Part shown: in pieces, positions 47,431 to 58,596 of the stretch | How the letters are laid out: each line of letters starts with the position of its first letter | Position numbering within the stretch: position 1 is the first letter of the stretch | From: Lachnospiraceae bacterium | Lineage (GTDB): Bacteria > Bacillota > Clostridia > Lachnospirales > Lachnospiraceae | Assembly: GCA_011959805.1 (NCBI GenBank) | Contig: BLMC01000001.1 | Location: 52,968 to 116,967, forward strand | Direction of reading: 5' to 3' | Length of the DNA stretch: 64,000 bases | Notes under the pieces: model-generated | Told to the model about the DNA's origin: nothing | Databases searched by the model: none | The model's input: the letters and a program-made list of their open reading frames with translations, nothing else | Program-made: the position numbers and the translations under genes

Positions 47431-47934
47431 ATGAATGATAAATTGACAAGAAATGATATTAAAAAGATGGAAGAAGAAATCGAGCATAGAAAGCTTGTAG
47501 TACGAAAAGAGGCATTGGAGGCGGTAAAAGAGGCACGTGCACAGGGGGATTTAAGTGAAAATTTTGAGTATTATGCTGCCAAAAAATATAAAAATCAAAA
47601 TGAAAGCCGGATACGTTATCTTGAGCGAATGATTAAGACAGCACAGATTATTGAAGACAACACAAAAGAAGATGAAATTGGACTTAATAAAACTGTAAAG
47701 GTCGAGTTTGTGGAGGATGGAACGATAGAGACATATCGTTTGGTAACGACAGTACGAAATAATCCTTTGCAGGGACTTATCAGTATCGAGTCACCTATTG
47801 GAAAGGCGCTTGCAGGGCATAAGTGTGGTGACATAGTACATGTGCAAGTAAATAGTGATTTTGGCTATGATATAATTGTGAAATCTGTGGAAAACACTCC
47901 AGATGATGATTCGATTGCGCTGCGAAAATTTTAG
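47431..47934 (+). CDS. greA: GreA/GreB-family transcription elongation factor
   Basis: EARAQGDLSENFEY, ISIESPIGKAL. Confidence 0.85.
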   Translation: MNDKLTRNDIKKMEEEIEHRKLVVRKEALEAVKEARAQGDLSENFEYYAAKKYKNQNESRIRYLERMIKTAQIIEDNTKEDEIGLNKTVKVEFVEDGTIETYRLVTTVRNNPLQGLISIESPIGKALAGHKCGDIVHVQVNSDFGYDIIVKSVENTPDDDSIALRKF

Positions 47935-48004
47935 TGTGTGATGGTTTGAAAACATATGCTACAAAAGTTTACAATTATAACTAGAATAGGAAGGAGTATT
48001 ATAT

Positions 48005-49861
48005 ATGAATCTTATTAATATAGAAAATATTACAAAATACTATACTGATACGCCACTTTTTGAAAATGCATCGTTTACGCTTGATGATACAGAGAAAGTA
48101 GGGGTTATTGGCATAAATGGCACAGGAAAGACCACATTGTTAAAAATGTTAATTGGTGTGGAAGAACCAGACAAAGGAACTATCACAAGAGCAAACAACA
48201 TTGTTATTCGCTATCTTCCGCAGAATCCAAAGTTTGATAAGGATGCAACTGTACTGGAAGCAGTGATGGAAGGCAATCGTACACAGGAAAATGAGTGGTC
48301 GATTGAGAGCGATGCCAAAACAATATTACAACGACTTGGTATTACAGAATATACTCAGAAGGTGAGTACACTATCTGGTGGTCAGCGCAAGCGAATCGCG
48401 CTTGCAAATACGTTGCTGTCAAGGGCAGAGATTTTGGTTCTTGACGAACCGACAAATCATCTGGATTCATCGATGGCAGATTGGCTGGAAGGATATTTAA
48501 AAAATTATAGGGGCGCGTTAGTGATGGTAACACATGACCGCTATTTTCTTGACAGCGTGTCCAATCGAATTGTAGAAATTGACAAGGGAAAGATTTATAG
48601 TTACCAAACGAATTACTCTGGTTTTTTGGAGCTAAAAGCACAGCGCGAGGACATGCAACTTGCGACAGAGCGTAAAAGACAAAGTATTTTGCGCGTAGAA
48701 ATTGAGTGGATGAAACGTGGTGCGCGGGCCAGAAGTACAAAGCAAAAGGCACATATCCAGCGCTATGAAAATCTTGCCGCGCAAAAAGGCCCACAACAAG
48801 AGGCACAACTAGAATTAAGTTCTGTTTCTACCCGTATGGGGAAAACAACAATAGAGTTGCAGCATATTACAAAAGGTTATGGTGAAAAGAACCTTATTTT
48901 TGATTTTAACTATCTATTTTTAAAGAATGATAGGATTGGATTTATTGGAGAAAATGGCTGTGGAAAAACAACACTTATGAAAATTATCTGTGGGATAGAA
49001 CAGCCTGATTCCGGTGAAGTGATAAAGGGACAAACTATTCAGATTGGATACTATGCACAAGAGATTCAAAATGATGCGCAAGCAGGCCTTGCCTACATGA
49101 AACCTGAAATGCGAGTTATTGATTATATCCGAAATACAGCAGAATATGTACAGACAACTGACGGTTCTGTTTCGGCGTCGGTGATGTTGGAGCGGTTTTT
49201 GTTTCCGCCAGAGAAGCAGTATGGGTTGCTTGGCAAACTATCTGGTGGAGAGCGACGTAGATTGAATCTTTTGCGCGTGCTGATGGAGGCGCCAAATGTA
49301 TTGATTCTTGACGAGCCAACCAATGACTTAGATATCCAGACGTTGACTATTCTCGAGGATTATCTGGACCACTTTGACGGCATTGTGATTGCAGTGTCAC
49401 ATGACCGATATTTTTTAGACCGTGTTGTGCGAAGGATTTTTGCCTTTCAAGATGGAATCATTCGACAATATGAAGGAGGATTTACAGATTATCAGGCAAG
49501 ACAACAGCAGGAAGAAGGGATAAAAGAGGACGAAACAAAAAATACTGCGAAAAAGTCTACTTTGGAGAAAGAGGCATCTGTAAGTTTAAAGAACATTAAA
49601 AATCGTCAAGAAAAATTAAGATTTTCTTATAAAGAACAAAAAGAGTATGAGACCATCGAAGAGGAAATTACATTACTGGAAGAAAGGTTGCAAACACTTG
49701 ATACAGAGATGGTAGAAAATGGTTATGATTTTGTAAAGTTAAATGAGCTGACTACAATGAAGGAAACTACTGAACAACTTCTGGAGGAAAAGATGGAGCG
49801 CTGGATGTATCTGCAGGATTTGGCGGAAAAGATTGCGCAGCAGACAAATAAGAAAATGTGA
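48005..49861 (+). CDS. ABC-F family ATPase (Uup/YfmR-like)
   Basis: Two ABC domains (GINGTGKT, LSGGQRKR, LDEPTNHLD; GENGCGKT, LSGGERRR, LDEPTNDLD), no TM, C-terminal coiled coil with ERW. Confidence 0.9.
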   Translation: MNLINIENITKYYTDTPLFENASFTLDDTEKVGVIGINGTGKTTLLKMLIGVEEPDKGTITRANNIVIRYLPQNPKFDKDATVLEAVMEGNRTQENEWSIESDAKTILQRLGITEYTQKVSTLSGGQRKRIALANTLLSRAEILVLDEPTNHLDSSMADWLEGYLKNYRGALVMVTHDRYFLDSVSNRIVEIDKGKIYSYQTNYSGFLELKAQREDMQLATERKRQSILRVEIEWMKRGARARSTKQKAHIQRYENLAAQKGPQQEAQLELSSVSTRMGKTTIELQHITKGYGEKNLIFDFNYLFLKNDRIGFIGENGCGKTTLMKIICGIEQPDSGEVIKGQTIQIGYYAQEIQNDAQAGLAYMKPEMRVIDYIRNTAEYVQTTDGSVSASVMLERFLFPPEKQYGLLGKLSGGERRRLNLLRVLMEAPNVLILDEPTNDLDIQTLTILEDYLDHFDGIVIAVSHDRYFLDRVVRRIFAFQDGIIRQYEGGFTDYQARQQQEEGIKEDETKNTAKKSTLEKEASVSLKNIKNRQEKLRFSYKEQKEYETIEEEITLLEERLQTLDTEMVENGYDFVKLNELTTMKETTEQLLEEKMERWMYLQDLAEKIAQQTNKKM

Positions 49862-49984
49862 AAAAAGTGTGAAGATATTAAAAAGATATTGACTTATTTT
49901 TTTATATAGAATAATATGTTAGCACACGAACAGTTTGAAAACGAACAAATAATAATTTTTGTTTGGAGGAGAGGTGAATTAAAC

Positions 49985-50452
49985 ATGGAGGAACCGGGAC
50001 ATTGTGGTTGTAATGCACCCAAGAAAGGGAAAATAGGGCATATTATTAAGAGACTGCATAGCGCATTTGGAAAAAAGTTTATGACTTGCGGTATGGCGGT
50101 GGGACTTGATGAGGTGACATTGATGCACGGCTGGATTATGGGTTATCTCTATCATAATCAAGGGAAGGCGGTTTACCAAAAGACGATTGAGTCGGATTTT
50201 AATATCAGGCGCTCCACAGTGACAACGATATTGCAGCTTATGGAAAAGAAAGGGTATATCAAACGGTCAGCGGTGGAGAAAGATGCGCGGCTCAAACAGA
50301 TTTTTCTCACTGAGCAGGGAATGGCGATTGCTATCAAGACAGAAGCGATGATTATCAATATGGAGGATAGTATATTAGAGGGAATTGAGAAGGATAAGTT
50401 GGATATTTTTTATGAGGTAGCGCAGAAACTTATGACAAATATGAAGCAATAG
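49985..50452 (+). CDS. MarR-family regulator
   Basis: VYQKTIESDFNIRRSTVTTILQLMEKKGYI..DARLKQIFLT; GAGGTG RBS; TTGACT-17-TAATAT promoter at 49889-49917. Confidence 0.88.
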   Translation: MEEPGHCGCNAPKKGKIGHIIKRLHSAFGKKFMTCGMAVGLDEVTLMHGWIMGYLYHNQGKAVYQKTIESDFNIRRSTVTTILQLMEKKGYIKRSAVEKDARLKQIFLTEQGMAIAIKTEAMIINMEDSILEGIEKDKLDIFYEVAQKLMTNMKQ

Positions 50453-50544
50453 CCAAAAGAATCAATATTTTTTGTGGCTATTACAATAAATAACAAACTG
50501 TGAAAAAATTTTGCAGTTAAGAAGTTGCGAATGGAGGTTTCGTT

Positions 50545-52293
50545 ATGCTAAAGGTATTAGGCGCACAAATTAGGGAATTTAAAAAAGATTCTGTACTTAC
50601 GCCTGTTTTCATGATTTTGGAGGTTATCATGGAAATGATCATTCCGTTGCTGATGGCATCCATTATTGACGAGGGAGTCAACGATGGGAACCTAAATCAT
50701 ATCTACAAAATTGGTGGTATTATGATTGTAGTGGCACTAATTGGATTGTGGGCAGGACTGATGGGAGCAAAGTATGGTGCGAGGGCGTCGACAGGCTTCG
50801 CGAGAAATCTTAGAAAAGCAATGTTTGAGAATATTCAGACATACTCGTTCTCAAATATTGACAAATATTCTACATCAAGTTTAATCACACGACTTACAAC
50901 AGATGTGACAAATCTACAAAATGCATTTCAAATGGTTTTGCGTATGGCGATGCGCGCGCCGGCATCTATGATTATTGCGATGGTGATGGCGTTTTCCATC
51001 AATGCGCGACTTGCGAGTATTTATCTTGTTGCTGTAATGTTTTTGGCAGTCTGTCTTGCATTTATTATGCCACGAGCAAATAAGTATTTTCGCCAGTTAT
51101 TTGAGAAGTATGATGACCTAAATGCAAGTGTGCAAGAAAATGTATCTGCAATCCGTGTTGTGAAAGCATATGTACGAGAGGATTATGAGAAAGATAAGTT
51201 TGCCAAGGCAAACCAGAACATTTACAATATGTTTCTAAAAGCGGAGAAACTTGTGGTTATTAATATGCCACTAATGCAAGTGACAGTGTATGGATGCATC
51301 TTATTAATTTCATGGTTTGGCGCTAAAACAATTGTTGCTGGAAATCTTACAACAGGCGAAATGATGAGTCTGTTGGCATATTGTATGAACATTTTGATGA
51401 GTTTGATGATGGTATCTATGATTTTTGTCATGCTTTCAATGAGTTATGCTAGTGCAAAGAGAATTGCGGAAGTTTTGACTGAGCAGACAGACTTACACAA
51501 TCCAGAAAATCCAGTTACAGATGTAAAAGATGGCAGCATTGTATTTAATGAAGTATGTTTTGCTTACAGCAAGGACAGCAAGCCTGTATTAAATAATATC
51601 AATCTGCAAATCAAGTCAGGAGAGACCATTGGTATTATTGGTGGAACGGGCAGTGCAAAGTCAAGTCTTGTCAATTTAATTAGCCGCTTGTATGATGTTA
51701 CGTCCGGGGAGCTTTTGGTCGGTGGGCTTGATGTGCGCAAATATGATATGGAGGCGCTTAGGAATCAAGTTGCTGTAGTATTGCAGAAGAATGTATTGTT
51801 TAGCGGAACGATTCTTGAGAATCTTCGATGGGGTAACAAGGATGCCTCGGAGGAGGAGTGTATCAGAGCCTGTAAACTTGCCTGTGCAGATGAATTTATT
51901 CAGAAAATGCCTGACAAGTACAATACATTTATTGAGCAGGGAGGAACAAATGTATCTGGTGGACAGAAACAAAGACTCTGTATTGCAAGAGCACTACTCA
52001 AAAAACCAAGGATTTTAATACTTGACGATAGCACAAGCGCAGTGGATACTGCTACAGATGCAAGGATTCGCAAGGCTTTTATAGAGGAAATACCAGATAC
52101 GACAAAGTTAATTATTGCGCAGAGGGTGAGCAGTGTACAAAATGCAGACCGTATCCTTGTTATGGACAATGGTATTGTTACTGCATTTGGCACACATGAG
52201 GAACTGTTGGAGACAAGTTCGATTTATCGTGAGGTATTTGAATCCCAGACAGGTGGAAGTGCGGACTTTGATCAGAACGGAGGTGACAACTGA
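50545..52293 (+). CDS. Heterodimeric multidrug ABC exporter, subunit with non-canonical motifs
   Basis: TMD plus NBD with GGTGSAKS, VSGGQKQR, ILDDSTSAVD, IAQR (TM287-like). Confidence 0.92.
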   Translation: MLKVLGAQIREFKKDSVLTPVFMILEVIMEMIIPLLMASIIDEGVNDGNLNHIYKIGGIMIVVALIGLWAGLMGAKYGARASTGFARNLRKAMFENIQTYSFSNIDKYSTSSLITRLTTDVTNLQNAFQMVLRMAMRAPASMIIAMVMAFSINARLASIYLVAVMFLAVCLAFIMPRANKYFRQLFEKYDDLNASVQENVSAIRVVKAYVREDYEKDKFAKANQNIYNMFLKAEKLVVINMPLMQVTVYGCILLISWFGAKTIVAGNLTTGEMMSLLAYCMNILMSLMMVSMIFVMLSMSYASAKRIAEVLTEQTDLHNPENPVTDVKDGSIVFNEVCFAYSKDSKPVLNNINLQIKSGETIGIIGGTGSAKSSLVNLISRLYDVTSGELLVGGLDVRKYDMEALRNQVAVVLQKNVLFSGTILENLRWGNKDASEEECIRACKLACADEFIQKMPDKYNTFIEQGGTNVSGGQKQRLCIARALLKKPRILILDDSTSAVDTATDARIRKAFIEEIPDTTKLIIAQRVSSVQNADRILVMDNGIVTAFGTHEELLETSSIYREVFESQTGGSADFDQNGGDN

Positions 52294-54206
52294 TGCCAGG
52301 ACCAGGACATCCAATGAGAGGACCCAAAGGAACTAAACCAAAGATTGAAAATCCAGGGAAGCTTTTTAGAAGGCTTATGGGAACAGTGTTTAAAAATTAT
52401 ACACCACATATTATTGTCGTTATTATATGTATTTTTGTCGGTGTATTTGCTAATATTCAGGGTACACTGTTTACACAGACCTTGATAGACGAATATATTA
52501 TGCCACTTTTAGGAACAGAAAATCCAGACTTTTCTGGATTGGCGCAGGCAATTTTTCGGGTTGCATGTTTTTATGCAATCGGAGTAGGATCTACTTATTT
52601 GTATAATCGGATTATGATCAATGTAAGTCAAGGTACAATGCGAAGTATCCGAACGGAAATGTTTAACAAGATGGAGTCGTTACCAATCAAATATTTTGAT
52701 ACCCATCCACACGGCGATATTATGTCTCGCTACACGAACGATATCGATACGCTAAGACAGATGATCAGTCAAAGTATGCCACAATGTTTTAGTAGCGTTA
52801 TCACAATAGTCAGTGTGCTTATCAGCATGGTTATATTAAGCGTACCATTGACTATAACAACGTTGATTATGGTATCATTAATGTTGTTTGTCACAAAAAA
52901 AGCGACTGGACTTTCGGGTAGATATTTTATGGCACAGCAAAAGGCAATCGGTTCTGTAAATGGATTTGTCGAAGAGATGATGGAAGGACAAAAAGTAGTA
53001 AAGGTATTTTGTCATGAAGAAGAAAGCATGGCGCGTTTTAATGAATTAAATGAGGAATTATTTGAGAGTTCTTACAATGCAAATCAGTTTGCAAATATGC
53101 TTGGACCAATTAATGCACAGCTTGGAAACTTAAGTTATGTGGTGTGTGCAATTGTCGGTGGTGCACTGGCTCTCGGAAACATTGGCGGGTTGACGCTCGG
53201 CGGACTTGCAAGTTTTCTTACCTTTAACAAAAGCTTTAACATGCCAATTAATCAGGTAAGTATGCAGTTTAATTCCATTGTTATGGCACTTGCAGGTGCG
53301 GACCGCATCTTTAAGATGTTAGACGAACAGCCAGAGGCTGATGACGGATATGTTATGCTGGTAAATGCAGAGGAAATTAATGGAGAACTTAGAGAGACAA
53401 CAAAGCACACAGGAATGTGGGCGTGGAAACATTACCACAAAGACAGCGACACAACAACTTATCAGCGGCTTGAGGGCGCTGTTGTGTTTGATGATGTGGA
53501 CTTTGGCTATACAGATGATAAAATTATATTGCACAACATTAAGATGTTTGCAGAGCCAGGGCAGAAGATTGCATTTGTTGGTTCTACAGGTGCAGGCAAG
53601 ACAACAATTACAAATTTAATTAACCGATTCTATGATATTCAAGATGGAAAAATTCGTTATGATGCAATCAATGTTAATAAAATAAAAAAGGCGGACTTAC
53701 GTCGTTCATTAGGAATTGTACTTCAGGATACACATTTGTTTACGGCTACTGTAATGGAGAATATTCGTTATGGTAAGTTGGATGCTACAGATGACGAGGT
53801 TATTGCAGCTGCAAAACTTGCCAATGCGCATGAGTTTATCGAGAAACTTCCAGATGGCTATAATACACTTCTTACTGGCGACGGTGCAAATCTAAGTCAA
53901 GGACAAAGACAGCTGCTTGCGATTGCGCGCGCTGCGATTGCGGACCCGCCAGCATTGATTCTTGATGAGGCGACCAGTTCAATTGACACGCGCACAGAGA
54001 AAATTGTGCAAGATGGTATGGATAAATTAATGAAAGGCAGGACGACATTTGTAATTGCACATAGACTTTCCACTGTTAAGAATAGTGACTGTATTATGGT
54101 ACTTGAGCAGGGAAGAATTATTGAGCGCGGGACACATGATGAGCTTATTGAGGCAAAAGGAAAATATTATCAACTCTATACAGGAAATGCGATTGCGGCA
54201 AACTAA
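52293..54206 (+). CDS. Heterodimeric multidrug ABC exporter, second subunit
   Basis: TMD plus NBD with GSTGAGKT, LSQGQRQ, ILDEATSSID, IAHRL (TM288-like); 1-bp overlap with partner. Confidence 0.92.
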   Translation: MPGPGHPMRGPKGTKPKIENPGKLFRRLMGTVFKNYTPHIIVVIICIFVGVFANIQGTLFTQTLIDEYIMPLLGTENPDFSGLAQAIFRVACFYAIGVGSTYLYNRIMINVSQGTMRSIRTEMFNKMESLPIKYFDTHPHGDIMSRYTNDIDTLRQMISQSMPQCFSSVITIVSVLISMVILSVPLTITTLIMVSLMLFVTKKATGLSGRYFMAQQKAIGSVNGFVEEMMEGQKVVKVFCHEEESMARFNELNEELFESSYNANQFANMLGPINAQLGNLSYVVCAIVGGALALGNIGGLTLGGLASFLTFNKSFNMPINQVSMQFNSIVMALAGADRIFKMLDEQPEADDGYVMLVNAEEINGELRETTKHTGMWAWKHYHKDSDTTTYQRLEGAVVFDDVDFGYTDDKIILHNIKMFAEPGQKIAFVGSTGAGKTTITNLINRFYDIQDGKIRYDAINVNKIKKADLRRSLGIVLQDTHLFTATVMENIRYGKLDATDDEVIAAAKLANAHEFIEKLPDGYNTLLTGDGANLSQGQRQLLAIARAAIADPPALILDEATSSIDTRTEKIVQDGMDKLMKGRTTFVIAHRLSTVKNSDCIMVLEQGRIIERGTHDELIEAKGKYYQLYTGNAIAAN

Positions 54207-54375
54207 TACAAGTCTGATGCAAATCTAAGAGATAATTGGAAAAAATGGATATAAATTTAGGAAATTGTCTATACAATTTCCTTTTTTTATGTTATATTAA
54301 ATATAATTTGAGGTTACATAATAAGTATACAATTTAATAGACTTTATGAGGCTATTTTATAAAAAGGTGTGATAA

Positions 54376-55515
54376 ATGGGAAGTGACAAAAGAGGTAAAA
54401 GCGATTACAGTGCTGGTTATAGCCCAAAAGCAGTAGAGCATGATTTACAGATTATCAGTCAGTTAACACGGGGAATGATATTGGGCCGAAAGAAACTCAC
54501 AACGCAACAAGCGCAGGAATTATATTATAAAATTAAAAAAGAAAACATACAATTTCAGAGTGAAACGGGTGAAAATTTTCTGTTAAGTTTGTATGAGAAT
54601 ATGACAGATACCCAAATTCAACAGATTAATAATACAGTACGGCGAAAGAGACAGAAAAAACAGAACAGAAGAACACTGTTACGCATTAATCGAAAGATTG
54701 CATGTATCGTGTCGGCACTGGTTTTTATTGCATCAATCTTGTGTATTAACTGGAATTTATTGATGGATGTTAGGACGAATTATCAGACTAGAAAGCTACA
54801 GGAAAAGATAATAGAAAGTGACATGTATCTAGTGACAGAAAATAATACAAATCTACGAACACAGAATAAGGAACAAACAACCTATATAGAACCATATAAA
54901 GAAACGAGTGAAAACAGTAATAATATTTTATCTAAATTTGTACAATTATATGAAGAAAATCAAGATTTTGTAGGGTGGTTAAGAATACCAGGAACTAAGA
55001 TAGATTATCCAGTAATGTCAAAGAGTGATGATAATAATTATTATCTTGATAAGAATTTTAAACAACAATATGATAAAAATGGTTTGTTGATACTGGATTA
55101 TCGCAATGAAATTCAAAAAGACAAAGTGACAGGTCCACAAAATTTTATTATATACGGTCATAATATGAGAACAGGAGTTATGTTCGGGACGCTTAAAAAT
55201 TATAAGGAGAAAGCTTTTTGTGATGAACATATGACAATTCAATTCGATACTTTATATGAAACTTGCGAGTATAAAGTAGTAGCGGCAATGTTAAGCGGTG
55301 TGGCATACGAAGATGAAGATGTTTTTCGCTATTATGACGCAATTGATATTAGTACCCAAGAAAACTTTAATGCGTTCCATGATAATATACTTTCCAACGC
55401 TATTTATACAACAGATGAGACGATTACATATGGGGATACCTGCTTGATTTTGTCCACTTGTGATAATTATAAGGAAGATGGACGATTTGTAGTGATTGCA
55501 AAGAAAGTGGGTTAA
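54376..55515 (+). CDS. srtB: Class B sortase
   Basis: GWLRIPGTKIDYPV, IIYGHNM..MFGTL, LILSTC, GRFVVIAK. Confidence 0.9.
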   Translation: MGSDKRGKSDYSAGYSPKAVEHDLQIISQLTRGMILGRKKLTTQQAQELYYKIKKENIQFQSETGENFLLSLYENMTDTQIQQINNTVRRKRQKKQNRRTLLRINRKIACIVSALVFIASILCINWNLLMDVRTNYQTRKLQEKIIESDMYLVTENNTNLRTQNKEQTTYIEPYKETSENSNNILSKFVQLYEENQDFVGWLRIPGTKIDYPVMSKSDDNNYYLDKNFKQQYDKNGLLILDYRNEIQKDKVTGPQNFIIYGHNMRTGVMFGTLKNYKEKAFCDEHMTIQFDTLYETCEYKVVAAMLSGVAYEDEDVFRYYDAIDISTQENFNAFHDNILSNAIYTTDETITYGDTCLILSTCDNYKEDGRFVVIAKKVG

Positions 55516-55559
55516 ATTTTTAAAAATAAATTAAAATTTATAGATAAGAGGGGATTACT

Positions 55560-57644
55560 ATGTATCGGAGATTAAAAAACATTTTAGGGGTAAGTTTGAT
55601 GATTTTGGCGATTGTTATTTCGCAAGTGCCTATGCCAGACGCACAAGCAGAGATTCCGCAGCAGTCAGAAACAGAGACGCAGACAGAAAATTCTTCAGCA
55701 TTGGATGAAAACATGAATAGTAACACGACGTCTTTGAAAGAAGAGGAACAGGCAACAGAGGAAAATACAGTTGAAACATCAATAAAATCGGAGGAAAGTA
55801 CACCGGAGGACACAACAGAATCAGAAGGTAGTATAGTTGAGACATCGACAGAATCAGACGAATGTTCAACAGAACAAACAACTGAACCAGAGGGCAATAC
55901 CGTTGAGACGTCGACGGAATCAGAGGATGATTTACCAACGGAGTCAGAGGACAATATAACAAGTTTTCCATCAGAATCTTCCTCGGAGATTTTAATTAAT
56001 CCTGATGAGAAATATACAGTAATTTTTGATACTGGAATTCCAAAGGTAAATGGTGAGAAAAAAGAGGTACTTTTTGGCCGGACAGTATCTGAACTTGTAT
56101 CAATCAATGGCGAGCAACCACGAATTTTAAGAAAAGGAATTTATCAGGTTGAGCAAGACGACGGAAAACAGGAGATTGTATATACATTTGCAGGATGGTA
56201 TCAAGATAATACATGTACAATAGAATGGGATTTTGCCAACAATACAATAGAACAGAATACAACAATTTATGCAAAGTGGGATAGACAGACAAGACCGTAT
56301 TACTATGTAACTTATCGTGCAGCAGACGACAGTGAAAATGCTGTTAACATACCTGAAAAGCAGAAATTGTATGCGGATGAAAAATTGGAAAAACCGTTAA
56401 AAAAGCCCTCTTTGAAGAATCGGAGCTTCAAAGGTTGGTATATGGACGCTTTGGAGGCAAAATCGAAGTTTCAGGCATGGGGAAAGCCTGTAACAAAAGA
56501 TTTAACACTCTATGCTCACTTTGAGGAAAAAAGCAATATCGTAGTTTTTCATATGAATGGAGGCGGATTTACAGGGAAATATAATGGGAAATCTTATACA
56601 GATACAGCAAGTTTAACCGTAAAAGTCACAACAGGGAAGAAAATTTCTTCTGCTCATTATCCGAGCAGCGGATTAAAATATTCTAATTTTTCAACGGATT
56701 CTAATTGGTATAAGGACAAGGAATGCCTTCAGCTATATCAACAGGATTCTGTAGTAAAGGAAGATCTTACTTTATATAAGAAGTGGTATTATACATCATC
56801 AGGATTCACAATGAATGCAGCAGGAAATGTACTGTACAAATATAGTGGAAATGAGACGAATGTCACAATTCCTGACTCTGTTAAAATTATTGGAAACGAT
56901 GCGTTTATTAGTACGAACAATATTGAAAGCATCACATTGCCAAACAATATATCTGAGGTGAAGGAGAATGCTTTTCGGGGAATAAAGAATGCAACAAAAG
57001 ATATTACAATTACAGGAAAAACGGAGAGTGCAAAGAACATTGCAAAAGGACTGGCCAATCAGTATACACGTTTTACATATAAAGAAAGTAAGGCAGATGA
57101 TGTTGTTGTAAATAAGACATCGTCCGAAAGTATTGTACTTGGCGCGACAGTTTCAGGAAATGCTGGGACTACAAATAATAAAACAAATACGAACATCAAA
57201 ACTGTAACACCATCAACAACACCATTGGCATCCACATCGCAGTCAGGGATAACGATACCGCCAGCAAATATGTCCGGGACAACATCTCCAGTAAATGTGC
57301 CGCAGTCAGGAGTGACAACACAGCCGTCAGCATCCGTATCACGACCAGTATCTGCAGCACAGCCTTCCTCGAAGCCACAGTCTGTAGGACAAAATACAGT
57401 GTCATCTTCACAGCAGAGTCAATCTGGGTCGTCGGTATCTGCTTACCAAAATGATAAGACGACACAAAAGCCCAATATTACATCGGCAAGTGCACCAAGA
57501 AGTACAGCACATATTAAAGATTCGACACCCAAGACAGGTGATCCAGTACAATATCGTATGCTTGTTGTATGTGCATTGTTTTCAGTAGGAGTATTACTTG
57601 TTCTTACCGGGAACGGAAGAAGGAAGAGATCTTCTGCATCTTAG
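55560..57644 (+). CDS. Sortase-anchored surface protein with InlB B-type repeats and BspA-type LRR
   Basis: Signal peptide, ~20-aa acidic repeats, three GWY..T(I/L)Y(A/K)xW-type repeats, VTIPDSVKIIGNDAF LRR, S/T/P linker, TPKTGD + TM + RRKR tail. Confidence 0.85.
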   Translation: MYRRLKNILGVSLMILAIVISQVPMPDAQAEIPQQSETETQTENSSALDENMNSNTTSLKEEEQATEENTVETSIKSEESTPEDTTESEGSIVETSTESDECSTEQTTEPEGNTVETSTESEDDLPTESEDNITSFPSESSSEILINPDEKYTVIFDTGIPKVNGEKKEVLFGRTVSELVSINGEQPRILRKGIYQVEQDDGKQEIVYTFAGWYQDNTCTIEWDFANNTIEQNTTIYAKWDRQTRPYYYVTYRAADDSENAVNIPEKQKLYADEKLEKPLKKPSLKNRSFKGWYMDALEAKSKFQAWGKPVTKDLTLYAHFEEKSNIVVFHMNGGGFTGKYNGKSYTDTASLTVKVTTGKKISSAHYPSSGLKYSNFSTDSNWYKDKECLQLYQQDSVVKEDLTLYKKWYYTSSGFTMNAAGNVLYKYSGNETNVTIPDSVKIIGNDAFISTNNIESITLPNNISEVKENAFRGIKNATKDITITGKTESAKNIAKGLANQYTRFTYKESKADDVVVNKTSSESIVLGATVSGNAGTTNNKTNTNIKTVTPSTTPLASTSQSGITIPPANMSGTTSPVNVPQSGVTTQPSASVSRPVSAAQPSSKPQSVGQNTVSSSQQSQSGSSVSAYQNDKTTQKPNITSASAPRSTAHIKDSTPKTGDPVQYRMLVVCALFSVGVLLVLTGNGRRKRSSAS

Positions 57645-57903
57645 CAATATCGTCGGGGGTTGAGTATTTTTTCAAAACAGAGAAAATAAGCTCAACCTCT
57701 TCTGGATGAAAAGTAATGTTGTTGTCCTTGCTTAGTTTGTTTAGTGACATTAAAAATGCCATCATTTTTTTCTGCGTGTCTGCTTGATTGCCATCTTTGT
57801 TAATTGCGGTGCCTTGAAGAAACATTTTATCAAGAAAGTCAAGCTTCGCCCGGTCAATTTTTTGAAGTTCTGGATCATTCATCCACTGATTATTTGATTC
57901 CAT
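57604..57903 (-). CDS. Hypothetical protein, probably sporulation-associated
   Basis: GGAGG RBS; WMNDPELQKIDRAKLDFL; overlaps the upstream gene. Confidence 0.6.
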   Translation of the reverse strand: MESNNQWMNDPELQKIDRAKLDFLDKMFLQGTAINKDGNQADTQKKMMAFLMSLNKLSKDNNITFHPEEVELIFSVLKKYSTPDDIAKMQKISSFFRSR

Positions 57904-58423
57904 TGTCATTTCCTCCAAACATTTTCATCATTTCCATAATTTCATTGAGATTGAATGCGCCTGTGTTATCATTGCCAGGCGATAAGCTTTCCATTAGATT
58001 ACCAAGATCCATAGAATTGCCTAAATCAGGATTTAAACTTTGTATTAGTTCCATCATTTGTTGCATTTCTTTTATATTTTTCATGGTTTTCATGGCAGAG
58101 AGTATCTGGTTAAAACTTTGTTCTTCACTTGGAGCAAGATACTTGTGGACGGCTTTGTAAATATTTTCCAAATTTTCTGCTGGATCAATATTGGCAGTAG
58201 GCTTAACACCAGTGTCTATGCTGCTGGCATGAATTCCATTAGAATAGTTAGAAGAGCCTTTACCCAGTAGAGACATAGTATATTGAAATTCCATATATTT
58301 AATCAAAGCAGGCAGCATCCGAAAGTTATCATTCCCCATAAAAGGTAGAAGAGACTTTAAGATCTGGATGTGATTCGTGGTATAAAAATGGTCAAATGCC
58401 AACACGTAATCATTATCCTCCAT
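57890..58423 (-). CDS. Hypothetical M/Q-rich protein, probably sporulation-associated
   Basis: GGAGG RBS; QILKSLLPF, MQQMMELIQ; SigE-like promoter upstream. Confidence 0.65.
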   Translation of the reverse strand: MEDNDYVLAFDHFYTTNHIQILKSLLPFMGNDNFRMLPALIKYMEFQYTMSLLGKGSSNYSNGIHASSIDTGVKPTANIDPAENLENIYKAVHKYLAPSEEQSFNQILSAMKTMKNIKEMQQMMELIQSLNPDLGNSMDLGNLMESLSPGNDNTGAFNLNEIMEMMKMFGGNDNGIK

Positions 58424-58487
58424 AACGAAACCTCCATTTCTTAGCAGACCTGCAAATTGATATTGAAGTCTTTAGCATTTTCATATT

Positions 58488-58518
58488 ATATATATGAAAT
58501 GCAAACATTGGTTATGCA
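58488..58518 (-). promoter_or_regulatory. SigE-like mother-cell promoter
   Basis: Minus strand GCATAA-N15-CATATATA. Confidence 0.4.
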
Positions 58519-58557
58519 CATCTATGATATGCTTCAAAGTAGAATTCATAAAGATTA

Positions 58558-58584
58558 TGAGGGTCCGTGTAAAACGGACCCTCA
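58558..58584 (-). terminator. Hairpin after the Cys-rich gene
   Basis: TGAGGGTCCGT-GTAAA-ACGGACCCTCA. Confidence 0.7.
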
Positions 58585-58596
58585 GGAATTAGATTA

